Origin: Lama guanicoe
Taxonomy: Eukaryota
Direction of reading: 5' to 3'
Assembly (NCBI GenBank): GCA_013239625.1
Contig: MU053184.1
Span: 78,220 to 142,219 of the forward strand
Length of the DNA: 64,000 nt
Part shown: in pieces, positions 12,883 through 25,321 of the stretch
Position numbering within the stretch: position 1 is the stretch's first letter
Layout of the letters: every line of letters starts with the position of its first letter
Position numbers and translations under genes: made by a program
The notes under the pieces: model-generated
The model's database searches: none
Told to the model about the DNA's origin: nothing
The model's input: the letters and a program-made list of their open reading frames with translations, nothing else

Positions 12883-12945
12883 AAGATCACAAACTATTTG
12901 CTTTATTGGTTAGGCTTCTGGAGCCACAAATATCACATATTTAAA

Positions 12946-13140
12946 ATAATAATAGCAAATATGTAATGAGAGCTTACCATATACAAGCGTTTTGATTACA
13001 TCTTCCCATTTAATTCTGTCAAGTACCCTGTGAAGCTAATATTCTTATGATCTCATTTTATAGACAAGGAGGCTGAGGCTACACCCTCTCTAAATGATGG
13101 AGTTTTAAGTCAACATGGTCTGACTCTCAAAACTGCATTT
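12946..13140 (-). mobile_element. MIR SINE
   Basis: 'aataatagcaaatatgtaatgagagcttaccatat...ctcattttatagacaaggaggctgaggct'. Confidence 0.75.
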
Positions 13141-14394
13141 TCAAAATTGCTATTCAGCCAATTTTGAATATTTCAAAAAGAATTTCATGAACCTCTCATG
13201 CTGTTTGATTTCTCTGATAACTATAAAATGAACTGCAAGTTAAAAAATAGTAAGTTGCTCAACATTTTCTGCTAAGGACTTCAGGATTTGGTAACCAGGT
13301 AACACTTGGACAGATGCCCTCCTGAATTAGTTCAAGAGGGCTCTCCAAGGGTGCTGACCTCCCCACATACAGCTCTTAGAAGGACTCCTGGGTGTGAAAC
13401 TTCTCCAGCAAGTTCTGCACCGCTAAAGAAATGTCTCGGCACACACAAGGAGCAGTCCGTGTAGGAACCTGTTTTATAATCTTGACACTTTTGTTTTAGA
13501 AGATGATGAAGACATATACTTACAAAGATAAGCGTGTGGAAATAATTACTGAAGTAGGTCTTAAAGCCTGATTAATGTTTTCATCCTTCTGTTTCTAAGT
13601 TAGGAATAGGGCAGTAAAGTTATACAGATTTTTTCCTGCTTTAGTCATTCTCTGGGTGTCATCACCCAAATTTTACCTGCACATTGCTGCAGATTCAGCA
13701 TGAACCTTCACAGCATAGGCAGGCTGCTCATCTCAGGTGACAATACTTGGAATAATTAGCTTTTGATTTTGAAACCACACCAATTTAATAAGGAAGAACC
13801 CACAGAGAGCATAAGTGGCCTCGCCGTGTCTGTTTCACAGCTCCATTTTCCCTGAACTTACCACCAGCCCTTTCAATAAACATGAGCTTGTGAAAGAAAA
13901 AGCGACATAAAATTTTATACTTCTCAAATTCTGTTTTTCTTTTCAAGTTGCAAACTCAAGCCTGATTGTACTGCACGCCAACCAAAAGACCCCCTCAGGC
14001 AAGAAACACATTATGGGAAGCTATTTATAAGGTTTAAATTATCCATATTAACATACTTAAGATTCACCAGTGCGGTTTCTAGATGCCAGATCCAATCCAC
14101 AGTGACGCTTCAGCATTCGGTTATATAGTTGACTGCATAGACTTTCTCAGGAGAAGAGTGCAGAGGGAAACTGCAGGGCTGGAAGACCCCTGGAGGAGCT
14201 AACTAATCTATACCCCTGCCTCCGGCAGGACCAAAAGCAAAACCCATTTAGGTGTCAGCACGGGCCTATATGCCTGTTTTGTTTACAAAACCTGATTGGT
14301 TCCAGCTTTTTCCATTTTTTAAGTGAAGGCTATAGGCAAAATATAAGAGAAAAAATTACTAAATATATAGAGACACACTTGTATGCAGCCAGTC

Positions 14395-14560
14395 CTTGAT
14401 CATTAAGTATTTATTGGAATTCTATATTAAAAGGACAGCAGTAGGCCCAGAGAGTTAATCCAGTGTAGATAAAAAAAAAATGCAGTATATGCTCACGAGG
14501 AGCTTACAATTGGGTTAGGAAGACATGACACACATCAGGACAGCAGTAGATGGTGTTGAC
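14395..14560 (-). mobile_element. L2 3' end fragment
   Basis: 'cattaagtatttattggaattcta...gctcacgaggagcttacaattggg' reverse L2 terminus. Confidence 0.55.
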
Positions 14561-15019
14561 ATTGATATCAGAGACCTAATGCGTACCCGCACAGACAATT
14601 CTAATCACATTTACTTGGACTTGTAGTTCTTTTATGCTTTCGTGTCCTGGGAATTCATTCACGGCGTTTTGAAATGGCAAAAACTTGATTTTAGGGAGGT
14701 TGGAGACGTCCAATTTTTCTATCTTGAATTCTTGCCCAGAAATGTATCTGTTCCCTCTCTCCTCATCCCAATGCTGGAATTGAGTAGTGTCACCAGTTAG
14801 ACTGACGTAAGAGAGCCAGGCAAGGAGGGCCAAGGTCTTCATGTGAGGTTTGGGTTCCTGGCACTCCCCTGGGCTAAGGGGAGGATTTTCAACTCAGGGG
14901 AAATGGTTAATGGTCCCTCACTCCTGTCTCTCTTCAAGTGGGGTCGACAGGCTCCCTCTTGGTTCAGCAAGCATGGCATAAAACAGAAAGCTGATTGGCA
15001 AAGCAGCCTTTCATTAATT

Positions 15020-15900
15020 TGTGCACTCATTCACTGGGCTGTTCTGGGCTAGACACTGGGGCTGCGAAGATACTTGGCTCTTATTTGTGAAGAGCTCACA
15101 GCTGACATATGACCACGATGCGGTGGCAAAGGGCAGTAACAGACGCAGGTACAGGGTGTACAGAGGGAGCCAGGAGGGAGAAGGCTTCTGTCAGCGTGCG
15201 GTCTGCAGAATGTTTCACAAATTATGTATCATTTAAGCTGGGTTTTGGAGGATAGGGGATTTCATCAGATGGGGAAGGTGCAAGCATCATGCTAGGCAGA
15301 GGGAACACTGTGTGCAGAGTAGTGGCCCTGGAACACGGTGCGTTCAGAGGGTGACAAGGAGAAGAGGCCCTGTGGAGCGGGGAGAGGGGCTGAGGCTGGG
15401 ATGCAGTTTGGTGACCACATTATAGAGGGCCTTCTGAAAGCTTGGCTTGGGAGTTTGGATGTGATTCAGGAGAAGGATGGGGACAAGGAATCAGTTAAAG
15501 CTCTTAAACAGGAAAGGACAGGTCTGGGTGCCTGCTTCAGGAAGATCATTCCAGCAGCCAGTGTGTGGAGCCCAGAACAGTGAGACTGGCTTGGAGGTCA
15601 TGAGACTAGTGTGGGTGAGAGGAGATGAGGGCTGAGCCAAGGCGGGGAGGGAATGGCCTCAGGAGATGGGGGGCATCGTCAGAGAGGACATGATTTGGAG
15701 ACTGGACCTTGTGGGCAAAGGAGGGAAAAAGCTGCAGAAGTGCTCAGCTTCTGTCTAGGTAGATGGAGAGAACGTAAGGTGAGAAGAGGGGTCAAGCAGT
15801 TTAGTTGTAGACATGTTGCTGTATTTGCAGGGCAAGTCACTGGTGATGTTTAGTTCAGAAAATATAAGATTGTAGGGCTGAGGGGTGACACCCAGGTGGG
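15020..15900 (-). mobile_element. L2 LINE fragment
   Basis: Purine-rich reverse-L2 motifs 'tttaagctgggttttggaggatagg', 'taggcagagggaacactgtgtgcag', 'aggaagatcattccagcagccagtgtgtggag', 'agtttagttgtagacatgttg'. Confidence 0.75.
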
Positions 15901-16760
15901 ACAGGATGATTAAGCTCTCCATGGATGACTGAATGGGGGTTGTAGTTTTGGGAAATGCTGCTGTCGCTGGGGGAGTCTCCCTGTCTGTGTCCCCAGAGAT
16001 GGTTGTGAGATGAAGTCTAAGCCCCACTGTGGTTCAAGTGGGTCATCACTTCTCTAGTTTTTTTTTATTTTAACCGACTTGCTCCTATATCACAGGGGAG
16101 ACAGGGGTCTCAGGGGTGAGGAGAAATTTTCTTTCAAGTGTCTATTTTATCTGAAAAATGTATTTAATGTCTGAATTCTTCCACATAAAATATCCATGTT
16201 TGTTTTGATATAACTTTTGTTTTACATTATTTAGCAGCTAAATTATGCATGTTAACTGTCCACCCCCTACCCCGTGCTCCCCAAATCTGTGTGCATTCAG
16301 GGAGATGCACATGGTAATCCTGTGGCCTTGGGCTGCCTGGGCGTGTGACCGCCCACGTTCTTGGTTTTTGTGAAGCACAGATCTAATCGAGATCTGACCA
16401 TTACTGTGGTCAGCTCTCCCATTCAGAAAGAGTCTCCTGGTTCCCACATGCTAGAGTGTCAGGTTGTGATAGTCTGGAATTCCAGAGCCACACCGTCAGG
16501 CAGGGTGTGAACAAGTACCGACCTCGTAACGAGAAAAAAACTCAGAGCTGGTCCTTTTTGTTTTTCCTTCTAAAAAAACAGATTATGTACTTGACCTTTT
16601 AAAAAATTTCCAAGATAGAACACAAAGGGAAAAAACTGAATAATATACAAAGCATCAAATATCAAATATATGTTTCTACTTTCCTCCTAGTACCCTCCCC
16701 TACCGCAACCTCCACTCCTCGGGGGTGACCTATCTGAATAGTTGGGTTGTTCTATTGATT

Positions 16761-16922
16761 GCCTTGCTACTCAGAGTAAGGTCAGGTGACCGGCAGCATC
16801 AGCCTCACCTGGGAGCTTGTTAGAAAGGTAGCGTGCCGGCCCCTCCCTGGCCTCCTGAATCAGAGTCTGCATTTTAAGATCCCCAGGTGATTCCTATGCA
16901 CATTTAAGTGTAAGGCGCCAGC
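16761..16922. mobile_element. MER5A-like hAT-Charlie DNA transposon (MITE)
   Basis: 'gcagcatcagcctcacctgggagcttgttagaaa...ctgaatcagagtctgcattttaagatccccaggtgattcctatgcacatttaagt' matches MER5A. Confidence 0.85.
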
Positions 16923-17974
16923 TCTTCAAGGAATGAGGAGAAGGGGAAGTTTCTTTCCTCTCTTTTCATCCAGGAAAGTCTAGATGGTGAATCCCCAAAC
17001 GCAGGAGAAGGTCAACCTGCAGCATCTTCTCTGCCCTACAAGGAATCGGTCCCCTCCTGGGCAAGGGGTCACCACCCAACCTGACTGTTGACAGACCCCG
17101 TCCACGCCTTCACTGCCAGGATTATGATACATTCCTTAGTCCCTTCCCCTCCCCTCCATCATCTGCATCAAAAATCAGTGTCTTCTCTGTGTCCTCACTA
17201 AGTAAGATAATAATTTTTTACTTTAATTTCTGTGCTATGAAAATAATGGTTGTGTTTTCCTTTTTTCAACTATAGAAACGTAATATTGAATACTTTTTCT
17301 CAAACTACGTATGGGCTCGTGTCCCACCCTGGGGGGGGTTCATCTACCCCTTTTAGGGATTCTCTTTCCTTCGAGACAATCACTATGCTAGAAATTTAGT
17401 GCAGGCAAAATTTTGAAAATAATTATCTTGTTAAGATCATGCCAGAGATCTCAGAAAAAACAAGAGGGCAGCTTCTTCCAATAAAGAAGACAAAGAAGAG
17501 GGCCGGCAGTACAATTTGGGGCTATAATTGGTTTTTCTGAAATACGGTTTCTTCCAAGTCTCTTCAGATATGATTCTGGGAAGGCATTGTGGCTGTTTAA
17601 AGTTACAATTTCAGCCATGCTTGCCAACGTCTGGAATTTTAAAAATAAGGAAACAACTTATTTTTTTCCTTTGGAAGTTAAGCGTTTTAAAAGCCCTGGG
17701 AGAATGCCCTCTCCGACGATGAAATTCCTACTGAAGTGTGAATAATTGATCAAAGTTTTTCCTTGGAGTAAATTTTGATGTGGAAGTAGGGAAAGAGTGT
17801 GAGAGTTTTGTGTATCTAAAAAAAAAAGAAAAGAAAATGGAAGAGGCACAGAAGGGGAGATACAGGGTGTGGGAGATAGATGAGGCTGGTGCAACAGTCA
17901 TGTGTAGGGGTTTTAGTGTCTCGCTGTCCTCTGAGATCACCTTGTCATGCATAGGTAGTCAAGGGCCAACGTGA

Positions 17975-18050
17975 TGCTTCTGCTCAGGATCCCAGTATAG
18001 CACCTGACATATAGTAGATGTTCAATAAATGGTGAATGAATAAATTAATT
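17975..18050 (+). mobile_element. L2 3' terminus
   Basis: 'gcacctgacatatagtagatgttcaataaatggtgaatgaataaa'. Confidence 0.7.
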
Positions 18051-18769
18051 CTTAAAAATATTACTTTCTGACTTCTCTAACTCTTGTTACCTGTCACAAG
18101 GGAAATGATACTTAGTGGGCAGATGACTTGTAAGATCCTGGGGGCTTAATCTGAGGTACAAAGTTCCTCTGGGCATCTTGAGAGAACTTTACAGAAAAAG
18201 ACTATTTTCACAAAATATCTGTAAGATACAGAACAGATGTCAGAAACCCAATCTTAGCTTTGCTACTACTATCCTTCTGAGAGTCTCCATGTCTCCGTTT
18301 GGCAGCTTTGAAAAAGTAGTCCTGAGTATTTCACAGAGTTGTCATGAAGACTGAGGCGTGTGCGGAGTGAGGCACGGGGACTGCTACTGCGTAGATGTTA
18401 AAAAATGTACGGTTATCCCAGAGTTATTCATGATAGGGGTAAATCAAGTGGGGGTCTGAGTTCCCCACCAGTTTAAATTCCTTCGGTGTAATGAGTTTTA
18501 GGCCTGTGGGTTCTTGGACAAGTGGTCTCTCTCAGAAGCATGGGGGGTCCTTTATGGAGCCCTCGCGTGGTTCTCAGGCAGGGTGTGAGAATGCTGGGTT
18601 TTGACCAGCCTGCTTACAAATGTGACTCAAATCAGAGGTGTGACTCAGAGGCACTAGACCCTCTTCAGGGAAGACCCTTGGATTTAAGGCAGTTGTACGA
18701 ACAGTGTTTTCAGGAGCCATGGGCTCTTTTAGGGATTGGCATGTTGGTCTTAAAGCTGGATATTCAAAT

Positions 18770-18892
18770 ATCTATTTGGACCATGGGTTTATTGGAGGCA
18801 AGGGATTGTGACTTTTTCTTGGCAGCCACGCAGCTTGTAGCCAGGGCCTTCTAGTAACTGGTAGATGTTTGCTGAGTGAATGAATGAATGCC
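18770..18892 (+). mobile_element. L2 3' terminus
   Basis: 'ttggaggcaagggattgtgac...gatgtttgctgagtgaatgaatgaatg'. Confidence 0.6.
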
Positions 18893-20198
18893 CAAATGAA
18901 GGCTAACCACAGAAGTCAACTAGAAAGGTTAAGATTGCAGATAGGGACTCAATGCAGAGAGAGGCGGGCTGGGGATATATGGGAGACAAAGCTGGCAGGT
19001 CAAATACAAGAGGCAGTGCAAGGGTAGGCCAGAGCAAAGGTCACACCCAGGCCATTTGCCATAGAGGTGTCCCTAGACTCCACATTCTATATGGGTCAAC
19101 TGTAGGTTTTCTTGGGGGCCCTCCCTACAGGCAGCTTGGTCCTGGCATTAGGGCATCGCGAGCCACTATGGGGAGTTTACTTGAGTCACCTTTGGTGCCA
19201 CGGTTTCTTAGTCTGACTTAAATGACTACCTGCTTCCCCTTAGAACGGGGGCAGGAAGCCTTGGATGGCTGGGGCCACATGTGCGAGTCCTCTTTGGGCT
19301 GCAGTTGGTTGTTTTTTTGCATAATAGGTTGGAACGATTGCAGAATGCTTTTGGTCATGTCCTTAGTAGTGGTTCTTTTTAAAATCTTTCTGCCCTTAAG
19401 ATCTGTCTCGAAACAAACACTCGTGACCTGTCCTCACAGGTACAAGAGAGAGAGATGATGAGAAAAACAACTTTTGTTTTTCTGAAAAACACAGCCTTGT
19501 TTTTCAGAGCTGCTGTGTGGGCATTTTACAGTCTGATAGCCCTCCGCACACCCCGAGTCTGGACACTTAGATAAGGACTTGAGTTTAGGATGCCCGCTGT
19601 AAATTCTCACTTGGCTTTTCCTCGGCACCTTTAAAAATAAATAACCACTTAGAGTTAAGCCCACGAAAGTTAGTGACCTCCACCCCAGTGACATTATAAG
19701 TAACAGGTGCTTGCGACCCTGCTCTCTGTCCCCTGCTCCCGCAGGACCTGGGGCAGAGGACTGCCCTTCCCCCTGTACATGGTGTCCCCTTGCTTCTGGG
19801 ATCCAAAATAATCAATCTTGTGACTCTACTTCCTTTGTGTGGATGTATTGACACTGTACCTTCATTCAAAATGACCTCGTGGGTTTCACTTCCCCAAAGT
19901 GAGAGCTAGATGCTAAAAGAGCTGCCTGTCATCCCTGTGTGGCTGACTTGTGACCCTCGCTCAGCAGGTCACAATCTGCATATTCTTAATTCCATACACC
20001 AGTTCCCGCTTCTCAACACAAGAGGTGACCTCAGACTCATAAGCATTTCTTTATTTATCTTTAAGAACTTTTTGTTATGGACAACATGACCCTCCATATA
20101 CTCCCAAATGAATGCAACAGTTATCACCTGCTGTGTTTCCCCCTACCCTTTGAAGTAAATCCAGACAAAATATCATTTCATAGGCTAAAGGTTCAAAA

Positions 20199-20253
20199 TT
20201 ATTATCATCACCACCACTGCCATCACCATCACCATCACCATCATTATCATCAC
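20199..20253. repeat. (CAT/CAC)n trinucleotide microsatellite
   Basis: tattatcatcaccaccactgccatcaccatcaccatcaccatcattatcatcac. Confidence 0.9.
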
Positions 20254-20255
20254 AG

Positions 20256-20402
20256 CTTCTTTTGAGAATCTGATAAAAACTGTAGACTTTCTTCACCGGA
20301 AAAATGCACCCACATATCTGAACCCCAAATCCTGCATACTATCACAGGGGATTCACAAAATGCTCCAAATCCTGCCAAAGCCTCTGTATTAAGAAATCCC
20401 AC
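20256..20402. mobile_element. hAT-Charlie-type MER fragment
   Basis: 'tttgagaatctgataaaaactgtagac...gaaaaatgcac...caggggattcac...ttaagaaatccc' resembles eutherian Charlie-family MITEs; subfamily uncertain. Confidence 0.55.
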
Positions 20403-21589
20403 TTTGGACTGAAATGGTCAGCTCTGGTCTTTATTCTTGGACCCCCATCAGGTGAGAAGACCTGATTAACACAGGAAAAAAGTGATGCTCTGCTGTAGAG
20501 CAGGGCAGCGTAGGGCCTTGCTAAGACAAGTTGAAGTCCATCCTGATTCGTTACCCTAGACCATCTCTGAGACATCACTTACATTAGTATGAAGCACAAA
20601 TTATTATTTTCAATGAAGGTGGAAGTAGCTCAAAATCTTTAAAAAGTAATACTTATGAATATATAATAAAAAGTTAGTCTGGGTTTATTGAAGTAGCAGA
20701 TACTTCCAATGAATATTAATGAAGGAATATGAGACGAAAAGAGATAGTGGCTTATAATACCAATGCACCGAAATTGAGAAAGATAAATTTTAACAAAAAT
20801 GATTAAAATAATTGATGCTAATATAATTTTTATGTGTTCCGAATTTTTAAGGGACAAGAAATGGCTTTGGAATTCAAGGTCAGCAGATTATATGTTTAAA
20901 TGCCAGCTCAGCTACAGCTGTGCCATTACTAACTTTCACTACGTATTGAAAAATCTATGTGGGGTGTATTTTGATGTCTCCATTTTGGTCTTTTTAAGAG
21001 AGAAAAGTTAAAAGGCGAATCCATCACCAGGCTGGTATTTAAGCTCATAATCAAGATAACTAGCATAACATTTAAGATACAAGGTGCTGAAAATAATTGA
21101 TTATCTCATGTACAGTCAATCTCATTAACATATGGCGAAGATTACAGCATAAATATGAGAGTCAGCAAAAATCCACTTGCTTGAAAGTACTAAAAAAATA
21201 TATTACTAGGTAACCAAACTGATGTGTTCTTAACAAGGTCTGGGAATGATTCCCTTCCACTCTTGCTAGCTACCTTCTCTTCTGCAAACCCCATCTCTAA
21301 TTCCTTGGCTGTGGTGGCCACTCCGTCCCACTCCCTAAGTGTTCCCCTTGACCATTTGGAAAGATAGAGATGGCCATCCCTCACCTGACTCCCGTTGACT
21401 AAACCATTGTCCCCTGGGTGGCTTCGCCAGGGACTTCTGCGGTCACCTTTTGAGACCTTTATTCATTTTCCACCGCTCTACCATCTTCAGCCTATTTATT
21501 TTAATAGGATTGAGATTACGCATGCTAACTTCCAACTTGACCAAATATATGTACAGAGAGGGAGAGAGGGAGAGGAGAGGTAGGGAATG

Positions 21590-21592
<3 letters not shown>

Positions 21593-21622
<30 letters not shown>
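21593..21622. repeat. (GT)15 microsatellite
   Basis: Direct reading; preceded by a GA-rich tract. Confidence 0.95.
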
Positions 21623-21625
<3 letters not shown>

Positions 21626-22439
21626 CTCTCTCACACACTCTTTTTCTCCTCTGTTTGAGCTCAGCGTTGCTTGCATTAAGACGATAGTGTGTATTAGGCA
21701 TGTGCAGTGGGAGGGGTCTTCGGGTTCCCTTTAGCCTGCCACCTTAGCAGAGCCACAAGTCTGACCCAGTATCTTTCTGTTTCTGCTTGGCCTTGTCTAG
21801 TGCTGACTACCCTCGGGTTCCACATCATAGTTATCAGTTTCCAGAAGGTTCTAGGCCTCCCCATCATGGTACTAACATGTTCCAGAAATTCAGGGTATTG
21901 GTATCCAGAAGGAGGGACAGTGTGTGCTGGACAGCAAACAACAGATGTCTGTTTGCCTTTCCTTTTTGCTCTTACCTGGATAGAGGTTTAATGAAATGTG
22001 TCCAGGTGCTTGTGATGCCAAATTCTGGGATTTTTGCAATGGTGGAACCATCAAATGGGGGTCAGGAGACGGATATGAAATGGTGGCAGATGAAATTGCA
22101 TCATAATGTTCTTTAGGTGAGGAGTAAGCCTGTTAAAAGCCCTAAAAGCCAAAAGTCAAGATGGAATCCAGAGTTTGTAACATCAGCCGTTGAGATGATG
22201 ACACCAGAAATAATAACAGTAGCATAGCTGTATAGCAGTTTACCTGTGAAAGGACACTTTTACATGTATTTACATTTAATGGTATATGTAAGGCTGGTAT
22301 GAATTTCATTCCTAGTAGCAGAGTCCCCACAAATGTAGCAGATAACCCAACGATTTGTAGAAGTAACAGCCTGTTCTAAAATTAAAATGTTATTTTACTG
22401 TGGAAGTAAATTTGTGCTCAAATGACAACACATTAGCTA

Positions 22440-23155
22440 CTCAGAGTTTTATATGAAGAGATATTTATAATGGCAAAAAAAAAAATAGAAAGCACATGAA
22501 TATTGAACAGTGATAGAATGGTTAAATAAATCATAGTGTATCTATTCCATTACGTTCTTAGTAGATGATTTTAAAACGATGCCCTCAAAGAATGCCTAAT
22601 GATGGGAAAAGTTCATTATATAAGTGATGAAAACAATTTAAAAATCTGAGCAAACTAAAATTCAGTATGTTTCTAATGTAATTAAAAATAAATGTATGGA
22701 TAGGAAACATACACACAAGCAAAGGAACAATATTCAAAATATATAACAACTGGTAGAGCTGACACTAGCCAATCAGAGTGACCACCTGTTCTCTATTGGT
22801 CTGGCCATGTCACTGTTACTGCTAAGTATCTAGTCTCAAAAAAGTCATAGTGTTACAACAAGGACTTGCTGTATAGCACAGGGAACCATATTAAATATCT
22901 TATACTAACCTATGATGAAGAAAAATCTGAAAAAGAATACATATATATGTATATGTATAGTTGAATCACTCTTCTGTTTGCAGGAAACTAACACAACATT
23001 GTAAATCAACTATACTTGAACAACAACAAAAAAATAACAGAATTACTATAATGGGAGCCAATGTTCTTTTTGTCCTTAAACATTTTTGTAACTTTTTGTG
23101 TTTTCTAAGTTCTGTACAATGAGGATGTATTATTTACAATAAGAACGAATAGAAA
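22440..23155 (+). mobile_element. Old L1M 3' fragment interrupted by a younger L1 3' end (~22856-23035)
   Basis: Old part 'gatagaatggttaaataaatcatagtgtatctattcc'; younger part 'acaacaaggacttgctgtatagcacagggaaccatatt...aactaacacaacattgtaaatcaactatacttgaa' + A tail. Confidence 0.75.
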
Positions 23156-23495
23156 AGAATACAATGCCTTAATACTTCTTTTAGAGGAAACTTTAATTTC
23201 TTAAAATTTTGCAATGTTTTTTGCATTCCTCCTTATTTCTGTGGCCCCTCTCCTCACCCTCCAGTGAATTTGACTCCCTCAATCTGTGCAATTCACAGAA
23301 AATACCAGAAATGAGTCCAAAGATGTGCTCTTTGAAATGCCCAACTAAACTAGATTAACACCATAAAAAAGAAGTCTATTGTCTTAATGATGATTGGTGT
23401 AAAACCACAGTGTGACCAGTTATATTTTTAGTGGAGGAATCATACTGACTGCCTACCTAGTGACAATTAATTTTTTTTTCTCTGTCAACAGGGGA

Positions 23496-23731
23496 AAATA
23501 ATTACAACACTTATTTTATCTTCACGATGTGCCAGACCCCATTCTCAGCACTTTCCTTAGGTGATCTCCTTTCATCCTCACAACCACCCTATCAAGTAGG
23601 GGCCATTATTGTCTTCATTTTATAGACAAGGCTTAGCGAGGTCAAGTAATTTGTGCAAGGTCACACAGCGAGCAGTGGGGGAGCTGAGATTGATCCGAGA
23701 GCATCTTATGTCACAGCTTTGCTCTTAACCA
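23496..23731 (-). mobile_element. MIR SINE, near full length
   Basis: 'atcctcacaaccaccctatcaagtagg...cattttatagacaagg...aagtaatttgtgcaaggtcacacagc'. Confidence 0.85.
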
Positions 23732-23920
23732 GTTCATTATCCTGCACCATCATTTCATGTATGAGTGCAAGAGTCAGCATGACTCCAAAACTAAGAGTGC
23801 AAATATACTATACTTTCACACACATGCACCCCAAAGGAATGTAGCTAGTGCTTAATAAATGATAGATAATGATACTTATTATTATTGAACCAGTTGGCAT
23901 TTAAAAATCCTTCTAGTAGA

Positions 23921-24150
23921 CAGTGCTCATAGTGTAGGGCGTCGGGCCACTGATCTGTAGGGATTGCTTGCTCCCTGTTCTTTGCAATAATAGCAATGAT
24001 CTTATGCCTCAGTTTTCTTTCCCCGTTAAATGGAGATAGTATGCTACCTACCTTTCAGGCTGTGTGGGTTAGGCAAGCTAAAACATATAAAGCCCTTAGA
24101 GTAAAGCCTGGCACAAAGTAAGAACTCAGTCAATGTGAGTTGTTGCTATG
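23921..24150 (+). mobile_element. MIR SINE
   Basis: 'gcctcagttttctttccccgttaaatggagatagt...aagcccttagagtaaagcctggcacaaagtaagaactcag'. Confidence 0.75.
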
Positions 24151-25276
24151 TTTTGTTATAATTTTACATTTAAGGGACAAAATATCTGCCTAGGAGGAGC
24201 CACATAAAGAGGTTTGAACTAGTTCATCAGCAAGACTCCCATGACACAGAGAGGCCAGGCACCGACACTTACCCCATAAAGGTCAACAAAGAACATTCAG
24301 TCATTATCTTCTTTTCCAGGTGTAATATTTATTTGCACAATATATTCCAGATTTCCCCGCCCTGAACAACCTCCTCCTCTAGACCCTCCTCTAGTTTGGT
24401 TAAGACTGATCAATTTTGCATACGCTGCCCTTGTGTTGATTTAAGATTAGCTTAAAGGGAATTCCAGCCAGCCTGGATTTCAACAGTTGATTGTAAGTTC
24501 ATTCATATTACGGCTGAGGTGAAGAGAGTTTTGTCCAGTGGTTCGGCATGAAGAGCGTGTGACGCTAATGGGGTATTAACTGAGCAGCGAACGCCTAGTT
24601 AGTAATCACCGAGGGCTTGTGCTGGCAGCCTGGGGAGTGAAGGTATCCAGTCAGGGCTGACTTGTGGGTTTGGGGAGAGGACTAACTAAGCTTGGCCATT
24701 TCTGCACTTTTCTTGCAGCTCAAAGGGTCTTGTCCTTCCAAATTTTCTGGGCAAGTAGCAGCTGCTGGGACAGAAATCCTGATTTGTGGGAGCTGAAAGG
24801 AAGGTGAGAGAAAGCTCTTACCCGTCCTGAGGATGAAGACGACAAGCAGTTGATTTCTGGGGCAGGCAATCTCTAAACGATGGTGCATGCCCTGATAACT
24901 TGGGGAGCTGCTAACATTTTTGGAAATGGGAATGTATTTAAAATTCTAACGTACAATTTCTAGCTATTTCCAACCTCCCATATGTGTATCGCCAAAAGTG
25001 AATTTTGAGAGTGGTAGTGGGAAAATACTGCCTGGGGATAAAGAGAAGTTACTGCAGGAGCCTGGTTTCTGTATTAATTCATTTCACAATAAGAGCAAAT
25101 TCCTTTCCCTAGGGGAATATTTGACACAGTAATTGCACTAGGAAACAGTCACTGTTTCGTTTCATTTTCTCTCTTTTTTAAACTTTCTTTGAAAACCAAA
25201 GTGTTATAAATCTTCCTGAAAGAGCCACTTAAACAAGATCTGTGGGCTGTGAGACATGTATTTTCTATGTATATAA

Positions 25277-25320
<44 letters not shown>
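25277..25320. repeat. Compound (GT)10(AT)12 microsatellite
   Basis: Direct reading. Confidence 0.95.

Positions 25321-25321
<1 letters not shown>

Noticed and set aside
20077..20265. Poly-His ORF (and poly-Asp/Gly on the opposite strand)
   Set aside because: Translation of a (CAT/CAC)n microsatellite.
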